In this document: positions 15,466-22,246 of the stretch, one piece after another | Layout of the letters: each line of letters begins with the position of its first letter | Numbering within the stretch: the first letter of the stretch is position 1 | NCBI RefSeq assembly: GCF_000018105.1 | Contig: NC_009926.1 | Location: forward strand, 330,001-362,000 | Length of the DNA stretch: 32,000 nt | Source: Acaryochloris marina MBIC11017 | GTDB taxonomy: Bacteria > Cyanobacteriota > Cyanobacteriia > Thermosynechococcales > Thermosynechococcaceae | Reading direction: 5' to 3' | Translations under genes and position numbers: made by a program | Notes under the pieces: model-generated | Databases searched by the model: none | What the model was told of the DNA's origin: nothing | The model's input: the letters and a program-made list of their open reading frames with translations, nothing else

Positions 15466-15763
15466 TGTACACACAAAAAAGTTAATGAGAATTAGGTTAA
15501 TAAATCTTGTAAGGGTGAGGCTGATCAGGAAAGATGGTCGATTCTTTAACCTAACTCTTTCAGTGTGATTCATAGTGGTCTGAGAACATGTTTGCAGAGG
15601 TGAGTATTATGTATAACTTCTCACTAAAGTTATTAAGAAGTTTTATCAACAAATAGATTACCAAATACCTCTATTCATAACCGGAGAGGAAAGAAAATTA
15701 AAGGCTGGTAGACTCAGTAGCAGAGTAAACGATTGTGCTTCGTTCTCGTAACGCGAGTATGAC

Positions 15764-15799
15764 AACTGACAGGCACCACCACACACTGTCAGTTTTTTC
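15764..15799 (+). terminator. orphan intrinsic terminator on the + strand
   Basis: aactgacag-N13-ctgtcagtt followed by ttttct. No ORF lies upstream of it. Confidence 0.55.
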
Positions 15800-15932
15800 T
15801 TGTAAACGATACACCCTCAGAATGGCCCAAGAGAGAAAACCCCCTCAAAGTACGGGGGACTCCAGGGGGTATACCGTTAAGAGTTTCACCTTATAAACAA
15901 GGGGGACTCTGAGAAAAGCCCTTTCGGAAGAT

Positions 15933-15966
15933 ACCAATCAAATGTGTGGAAATGTTGGGGGGACGG
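15933..15966 (+). promoter_or_regulatory. conserved non-coding motif, copy 1
   Basis: accaatcaaatgtgtggaaatgttggggggacgg, ending 158 nt upstream of the STAS ATG. Confidence 0.4.
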
Positions 15967-16123
15967 AAATATTACTTTGTTCTTCCTTAAAGGTGTCCTT
16001 CCACTGTTTCCTTGTTATTAGAATCGGGAACTCTGTCTACACAATAACCGTGTGCTGATTGATGAGTCATCTCTACCCTCGCCTCACTCAACCTCAACAA
16101 AACTGAACCAGGAGGTTCAACAT

Positions 16124-16447
16124 ATGAGCTATGAAGTTTTTCAGCCTGCTGACCTGATGGACGGAATCAGTGCCAACCAATTACGCAGTGAGATTAACGA
16201 TGCCCTAGCTAATGGTGTGAAAACGATTCTGATAGATCTTAGAGATGTCACCTTTATGAATAGTTCCGCCATTGGTTCCTTAGTGGCTACGCTTAAATCA
16301 GTGCGAGGAGAAGATGGCACCCTCTCGTTATGCTCACTGAATGATCAGGTTCGTATTATTTTTGAATTAACCAAAATGGACCATATTTTCGATATTTATG
16401 CAGATCGCCAAGAATTTATGCATAAAAATGGTATTTCCTCCAGCTAA
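16124..16447 (+). CDS. STAS-domain anti-sigma-factor antagonist (SpoIIAA/RsbV-like)
   Basis: AGGAGG 7 nt upstream of the ATG at 16124. ILIDLRDVTFMNSSAIGSLV with the conserved Ser, then VRIIFELTKMDHIFDIY. Confidence 0.85.
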   Translation: MSYEVFQPADLMDGISANQLRSEINDALANGVKTILIDLRDVTFMNSSAIGSLVATLKSVRGEDGTLSLCSLNDQVRIIFELTKMDHIFDIYADRQEFMHKNGISSS

Positions 16448-16914
16448 CCTCATCCAGGCTCTCATGAATCAAAGCTTTGTTCTCGGAAAAGATTTCAGCC
16501 GCATTGCAGAGGGTGAACTGATCATCTCTCCCCAGGTCGAGGTATTTATCCACTCCATCATCTAGTGGAAAAACAAACCTCAAAGGGTCACTCTAAAGCT
16601 ATTTACAGGTTCACCTTAACGGGAACCTGTATACCGATGGCCTGTACTGCGTTCCAGAAATTTAGTAGGCCGGAAGGGAACCCGTAAATAGCAAGAGTGC
16701 CAGTCCTCTGACATACCCCCCAAGCATATTAACCAATGCGTAGTTTTAGGGCATTTTTGTCAGCTTAAGAAGCTCATGTGATTGCCATGAGAGGACTGAA
16801 AGGTTCCGAAACCTCATCACCAGCAGCAAGAAACCCCTCAAAGCTCTTCAGGAGATTCAAGGGGCGACCCTGTATTCATGGACATCAACAAGGTCTTAAG
16901 GAATGCTTCCCAGA

Positions 16915-16955
16915 ATCTATCAATCAAATTTGAGGAAATCTTGGGGAACGTACGG
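16915..16955 (+). promoter_or_regulatory. conserved non-coding motif, copy 2
   Basis: atctatcaatcaaatttgaggaaatcttggggaacgtacgg. Confidence 0.4.
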
Positions 16956-17069
16956 CTCATCCTTAGCAGCAGAATCCCTCTAAAGACTCGCACTCTAGAG
17001 GGATTCTAGTCTCAGCCTCTCTCCTAGAACCGTCAGGCTCCTGGGATATTGGCTGATCTTTTATTTTTA

Positions 17070-17106
17070 ATCTATCAATCAACTTTGGGGAAATTTGGGG
17101 GAAGGG
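17070..17106 (+). promoter_or_regulatory. conserved non-coding motif, copy 3
   Basis: atctatcaatcaactttggggaaatttgggggaaggg, ending 36 nt upstream of the ATG at 17142. Confidence 0.4.
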
Positions 17107-17141
17107 AAGACACTAGCCTTAATGCTTGCCATAATCCAGAC

Positions 17142-17348
17142 ATGAAACCCACCCAAGCCTTCTACAACGGAACTCCCATCGCCCCACCCTCAATCCATCT
17201 GACGACAGAACAGAAGATGGATCTGCTGGACTGGCATCCGATTTTCACGGGACGGTGCCCGAACTGTGAGAGGCCGATCAGGGAAACAACGCCACCGAGG
17301 AGTCACTGGGACTGTGCGGAGTGTGGATGGAGGGAGGATTTGGCGTGA
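17142..17348 (+). CDS. small zinc-ribbon protein (68 aa)
   Basis: CPNCERP...CAECGW, two CxxC pairs. Start moved to the internal ATG because the long version would read through motif copy 3. Confidence 0.5.
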   Translation: MKPTQAFYNGTPIAPPSIHLTTEQKMDLLDWHPIFTGRCPNCERPIRETTPPRSHWDCAECGWREDLA

Positions 17349-17616
17349 TTAGTTTTCATGCTTCAACTCCTTCTTTAATCTCCCGACCCTGACAGTAAAG
17401 GGGACCGCTGATCTCCAAATCTGGGATGTCCTCGGTGCTCAGCAAAGATATTCGCTATTCATCCCGTTTAGATCATTCACTTTAGAGTTCTGCCTCTCTC
17501 ATGAGCTAAAACGTTTAAAGTCTGGACACTCGCTGAGGGTTGCAATTCTGTACGCACGGTCAAACTTTTTCAAGTTTCTCCGGCAAAGTCGGGGGGTTAC
17601 CAATCATTAATTAGAT

Positions 17617-17646
17617 TTGCGTATTTACCCGTTGCGTATTTACCCG
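17617..17646 (+). promoter_or_regulatory. perfect tandem direct repeat 2 x 15 bp (ttgcgtatttacccg) upstream of the response-regulator gene
   Basis: Seen directly. It is followed by taaagatatgat (a possible -10 box) and lies 54 nt before the ATG at 17700. Confidence 0.5.
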
Positions 17647-17699
17647 TAAAGATATGATGACCCCATTGAGGTGTTTAATTTACGACCCAAACCCTTCTA

Positions 17700-18977
17700 A
17701 TGTCTGACTGTCAAACGTTACTTGATTTTGCCGATCAGTTGATTGAATCCAATACAGGCGCAGCGCTGAGTCAGATACAACGTTTAGTGCTGATGGAGGC
17801 ATTAACCCTCCGGGCAAAAGCCAAGACCTATGACCAGGTGGCATCTGAGACAGGTTACTCCAGTGGCTACATTAAAGCAATAGCCGCTGAACTGTGGAAA
17901 TTGCTGTCAAAAGTCAGTGGCAAAAAGGTCACCAAAGGTAATGTCCAAACGATGTTGCAACAGCAGCTAAAGCATGAGCCATCACTACTGCAGGATGGGC
18001 GCTTGGTGGTTGAGACAGGGATGATCCCAAACCGACAGCCAATTATCCCTAAAGCAACGGACGTGACGGCGGTGGTGACGGCGGCTAAAGCGACTGAAAT
18101 TAAGGAGACTAACGGTAACAAGACTGACGTTAATCAAGCCGAAGTTAAGGAGAAGGCGACGGTTATACCATCCGTTATTCTGGTGGTGGATGACCAGCCT
18201 AATATCATGAACCTACTCACCAGCATTATGGAACAGGATGAGTATGAGGTCTGGCAGGCCAGCAGTGGGGCGGAGGGGTTGCAAATGGCCGCGAAGGTGC
18301 TGCCGGATTTGATTTTGCTGGATGTCAACATGCCTGATATGGATGGTTATACCGTCTGCCAGCAGCTCAAGGCAGACCCACAGACTACCGCCATTCCCAT
18401 TATTTTTGTCAGCGCCCTGGATGAAAGCTGGGATAAGGTGAAAGGGTTTTCCGTCGGTGGCAGTGACTACATTACCAAACCCTTTAACACCCTAGAGGTG
18501 ATTGTTCGCATTGAGGATCAACTGAAAATTCGCCAGATCCAAGACCAAATGCTGAAGGCGGATCAAGCGCCAACTGATTCTCCTCAATCGAAGCCATCTT
18601 CCGCCAAAGCCGTCATTCTAATGGTGGATGATGAACCCAAGAACTTAGCCCTGCTGACGGATGTATTAGAGCAGGAAGGGTATGAAATCTGGCAGGCGGA
18701 TAGTGGTGCGGAGGCGTTAAGGGTGGCCGGCATGGTGCTACCGGATCTGATTCTGCTGGATATCAATATGCCCGATATGCAAGGCTACGATGTGTGTCAA
18801 CAACTGAAAGCAAACGCTAAAACCAAACTAATTCCGGTGATTTTTGTCAGCGCCCTGGATGAAACCTGGGATAAGGTGAAGGCATTTTCTGTGGGAGGCA
18901 GTGATTACATTAATAAGCCGATTCAGATCGTTGAATTAATGGCTCGGATGAAGCATCAACTGCAAATTTGGCACTAA
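17700..18977 (+). CDS. response regulator with an N-terminal HTH-like domain and two tandem receiver (REC) domains
   Basis: Two REC domains, each with DD...LPDLILLD(V/I)NMPDM.GY...FVSAL...GGSDYI.KP. The N-terminus LSQIQRLVLMEAL..KTYDQVASETGYSSGYIKAIAAELWKLLSKVSGKKVTK resembles the HTH-like N-domain of many cyanobacterial signalling proteins. Confidence 0.9.
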   Translation: MSDCQTLLDFADQLIESNTGAALSQIQRLVLMEALTLRAKAKTYDQVASETGYSSGYIKAIAAELWKLLSKVSGKKVTKGNVQTMLQQQLKHEPSLLQDGRLVVETGMIPNRQPIIPKATDVTAVVTAAKATEIKETNGNKTDVNQAEVKEKATVIPSVILVVDDQPNIMNLLTSIMEQDEYEVWQASSGAEGLQMAAKVLPDLILLDVNMPDMDGYTVCQQLKADPQTTAIPIIFVSALDESWDKVKGFSVGGSDYITKPFNTLEVIVRIEDQLKIRQIQDQMLKADQAPTDSPQSKPSSAKAVILMVDDEPKNLALLTDVLEQEGYEIWQADSGAEALRVAGMVLPDLILLDINMPDMQGYDVCQQLKANAKTKLIPVIFVSALDETWDKVKAFSVGGSDYINKPIQIVELMARMKHQLQIWH

Positions 18978-19067
18978 AAATTTAACGAGATGACGATGCA
19001 ACGCCACTCAGCCAGGGATCTCAAACTGACAAAACCGATGGCAAATTTAGCATGAAGGAATCATCAG

Positions 19068-21812
19068 ATGAACCCCAAAACACCTTCGCTTTCCCTCCGT
19101 TGGGTTCTCATCATTCCATTCGTTGTGCAAATTTTTGCTGCCGTGGGAGTGGTCGGTTATTTTTCATACCGTAGCGGGCAGCGAGCGGTAGAAGATGTGG
19201 TGAATCAGCTCCAAAATGAGATTAGCGATCGCATTACCGAACGCCTCGATACATATTTACGCACGCCGAGCCTTGTGGCTGACAATTTGTCACTAGCCAT
19301 CCAAACTCGAGAACTGGATATCAACCAAATCAATCGAGATTGGGAGCTTTATCTTTGGCGACATATTAATCTATACGACAACGTTAAAGGCGTTTATGTT
19401 GCCACCGAAGATTTGCAATACAGGCACATCATTTCTCAGGAAGAAGGGCTGGTGATGGAGCTCTTCTCTTTAGAGGATCAGTTCCTCCGTTATTATTTAG
19501 TCGATCCCAAGGGCAGTGTTACCGATGAACTCATAGAAGTTCTGGAAAAAGAGTTCAAGCCACGCTCTCGTCCTTGGTACACGGCCCCCAAGCAGGCTGG
19601 TAAAGCGACATGGACCCCGATTTTTATTTGGGTTCAAGGGGATACGATGAGCGTCGATTTTGCAACCCCGGTTTATGGTCCATCGCAACAATTCGAAGGG
19701 GTGGTGGGAACCAGCTTTTCATTGTCGAATATCAGTGATTATCTTGCCACACTTAAAATTGCTGAATCTGGTGAGGCATTTATCCTCGAACGCTCTGGCG
19801 CAGTCGTCGCCACCTCCACTGGAGAAAAACCCCATGGGATCGATCTCGACAGTCAAACAGTTGCGCGATTAAATGCCATAGATAGTCAAAATACTCTGAT
19901 GCGCCAAACGACTCAATATCTCTTCGATCGCTTTGGCAGCTTAGAGATTATCAACTCCCTCACTCAAGATCGCTATAAAATTGAGGGTCGCCAATATTTC
20001 TTAAAGGTTGAATCTTATCGTGACAATTTAGGTTTAGATTGGCTGATTGCCATTGTCATCCCTGAATCGGATTTTATGGCCCAAATCTACGCCAACATTC
20101 GCACGACCCTGGCCCTTTGCCTGGGGGCATTGGGCATTGCTACCTTTTTGGGCATCCTTACCTCTCGTTGGATTTTGCAGCCGATTTTACGCTTACAAAC
20201 CGCCTCCAACAGCTTGGCGGCTGGGCAACTGGACCAAGCCATTGAGGTTAAAGGCATCCATGAACTCTCTAGTCTCGGCAGCGCTTTCAACAGCATGGCG
20301 AGACAATTGCAAGAATCGTTTCAAGCCTTAGAAGACAACAATGCAAAGTTGGATCAACGGGTGCAACAACGAACCGCCGAGCTGAAAGTCGCAAAAGAAA
20401 AAGCCGAAGTGGCGAACCAGGCCAAAAGTCTGTTTATTGCCAATATGAGCCACGAACTGCGCACCCCCCTCAATGGCATTTTGGGCTATGCCCAGGTGTT
20501 GGAGCGATCGCCCACTATCTCCGATAAAGCGCAGCAGCAAGTCCACATCATCCATAAGTGTGGCACCCATTTGTTGGGCATGATTAACGACATTTTGGAC
20601 CTGTCTAAGATTGAAGCGGGCAAACTCGACCTGATGCCCAAACCCGTCCATCTGACCTCCTGCTTACAGGGGGTTGCCGAAGCCTGCCGGGTGCGGGCCG
20701 CCCAAAAGGGACTGGAGTTTGTCTATGCCGTTGACCCAGGGTTGCCCGAGGGGGTGGAACTGGATGAACAACGGCTGCGACAGGTGCTGTTCAACCTGTT
20801 GAGCAATGCCATTAAATTCACCCAGCAGGGCACCGTGACCTTGCAGGTGTCGGTCGCTGAGGTAACCCGATCCGATTATCGGCGACTGCGTTTTGGGGTA
20901 ACCGATACCGGCGTGGGCATTGCCCCAGCCCATCTGGATCAGCTATTTAATGCCTTTGTGCAAGTGGGCGATCGCCAAAAGCAAGCTGAAGGCACCGGGC
21001 TCGGCCTCGCTATCAGCCGCCGACTTGTGCAATTGATGGGCTCACAGATTGAAGTGCAAAGCGCAGTGGGACAAGGCAGCCAATTTAGCTTTGAACTCGA
21101 AGTGCCATTGGCTACCGAATGGGAGCTATCTCCCAGTACCCTACAGAACCACGCTATTATTGGCTATGCCGGTGAACGGCGGCGTGTGTTGGTGGTGGAT
21201 GACCGCTGGGACAACCGCAGTGTTTTGGTCAGTCTCTTGCAGCCCATTGGCTTTGAAATCGTGGAAGCGGAGGAGGGGCAGAAGGCCCTGGCTGTGCTCC
21301 AACAGCAGCCCTTTCATCTCATGATTACTGATTTGGCTATGCCCGTGATGGATGGGTTTGAGTTGCTCCGGCAGGTACAACAGTTGCCCATACGCCCCCC
21401 CAAAATGATTGTGTCTTCGGCCTATGTTTCTAAGCAGGAACAGGAACTGGCGATGGCCGCAGGGGCAGATGCGCTGCTGCCAAAGCCCGTTGATGCGGCC
21501 AAGCTGTTTGAGCTTTTGGCGCGTGAGCTAGGGTTGGAGTGGCAATATGTGGGGAATGAGGCCCCTCAGGACATTACCTCTGCACCCGCAGCGGCAATTA
21601 CCCTGCCGTCCCGAGAGCGGTTGCGATCAATGTATGACGCGGCGGATGCGGGGGACTTTCGCATGGTTCGCCGACAGTTGGAGCAGCTGATGGCGACGAA
21701 CCCAGAGTATGAGGGGTTTGTAAGGCCGCTGCTAGCGTTGGCGAAGAAGCTGAAGACGGATGAGATTAAGGGGATGCTGGCGCAGTATGTCGATGATGAA
21801 GCGTCGGGATAA
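19068..21812 (+). CDS. hybrid sensor histidine kinase (TM, Cache-like sensor, TM, HAMP, HisKA, HATPase, REC, C-terminal helical tail)
   Basis: [16 protein letters not shown]...GVVGTSFSL...[10 protein letters not shown] (Cache-like), HAMP, H-box [16 protein letters not shown] boxes LLSNAIKFT and [12 protein letters not shown], and REC VLVVDD...[11 protein letters not shown]...LPKP. Confidence 0.9.
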   Translation: MNPKTPSLSLRWVLIIPFVVQIFAAVGVVGYFSYRSGQRAVEDVVNQLQNEISDRITERLDTYLRTPSLVADNLSLAIQTRELDINQINRDWELYLWRHINLYDNVKGVYVATEDLQYRHIISQEEGLVMELFSLEDQFLRYYLVDPKGSVTDELIEVLEKEFKPRSRPWYTAPKQAGKATWTPIFIWVQGDTMSVDFATPVYGPSQQFEGVVGTSFSLSNISDYLATLKIAESGEAFILERSGAVVATSTGEKPHGIDLDSQTVARLNAIDSQNTLMRQTTQYLFDRFGSLEIINSLTQDRYKIEGRQYFLKVESYRDNLGLDWLIAIVIPESDFMAQIYANIRTTLALCLGALGIATFLGILTSRWILQPILRLQTASNSLAAGQLDQAIEVKGIHELSSLGSAFNSMARQLQESFQALEDNNAKLDQRVQQRTAELKVAKEKAEVANQAKSLFIANMSHELRTPLNGILGYAQVLERSPTISDKAQQQVHIIHKCGTHLLGMINDILDLSKIEAGKLDLMPKPVHLTSCLQGVAEACRVRAAQKGLEFVYAVDPGLPEGVELDEQRLRQVLFNLLSNAIKFTQQGTVTLQVSVAEVTRSDYRRLRFGVTDTGVGIAPAHLDQLFNAFVQVGDRQKQAEGTGLGLAISRRLVQLMGSQIEVQSAVGQGSQFSFELEVPLATEWELSPSTLQNHAIIGYAGERRRVLVVDDRWDNRSVLVSLLQPIGFEIVEAEEGQKALAVLQQQPFHLMITDLAMPVMDGFELLRQVQQLPIRPPKMIVSSAYVSKQEQELAMAAGADALLPKPVDAAKLFELLARELGLEWQYVGNEAPQDITSAPAAAITLPSRERLRSMYDAADAGDFRMVRRQLEQLMATNPEYEGFVRPLLALAKKLKTDEIKGMLAQYVDDEASG

Positions 21813-21839
21813 GGGATCTGCGGTACAAGTTGACAAAAT

Positions 21840-21889
21840 CTTACTTTTTCTAACTCCATCACTGAAGTAATGGAGTTAGAAAAAGTAAG
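21840..21889. repeat. perfect 20-bp inverted repeat (10-nt loop) just after the kinase gene, probably a terminator or processing hairpin
   Basis: cttactttttctaactccat-cactgaagta-atggagttagaaaaagtaag. No U tract follows. Confidence 0.55.
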
Positions 21890-22246
21890 GTGGGTCGGCT
21901 GTGTAACGCCTCGTAAACAAAACCCGTTAATTTCGCTTCAACTAATTAGGTTTTAAATCCATTTTTGATGGGGAAACCAACTGGATAATGCTGATTTGTG
22001 ATTTGAATCACGTCTAGAAAAAGACTAGATCACAAGAAGAAAGAAAGTCTTTCGAACCTGGCTTTTTGCATCACTAAATCTAACTTTTTCGGTATTTCGC
22101 CTTATTGAAAAGTTGACGATAGTGGGTTCAACAGCACGGGACATTAAATCCCACAGCCAATCTCAACAAATCTGAGGTGCCGATCTAAATACTGGTTGGT
22201 ATCAAGAGCAAGAAGCTCAACTTACCCACAAAAAGGAGCAAGGACA

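Noticed and set aside
15424-15573. 49-codon minus-strand ORF with a hydrophobic core (MNHTERVRLKNRPSFLISLTLTRFINLILINFFV...), a possible type I toxin
   Set aside because: Its stop codon (15426-15424) lies beyond the terminator U tract (15444-15436), so the predicted transcript would end before the stop. No SD sequence is present.
16416-16582. Protein-like minus-strand frame (..LDDGVDKYLDLGRDDQFTLCNAAEIFSENKALIHESLDEVSWRKYHFYA*) overlapping the STAS 3' end
   Set aside because: It has no ATG or GTG start, only a TTG giving 55 codons. It is below any cutoff, and I cannot match it to a family. It may be a gene remnant, but that is unsupported.
17049-17141. Long version of the zinc-ribbon ORF starting at 17049
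   Set aside because: It would translate conserved motif copy 3 (17070-17106), which also occurs in clearly non-coding contexts.
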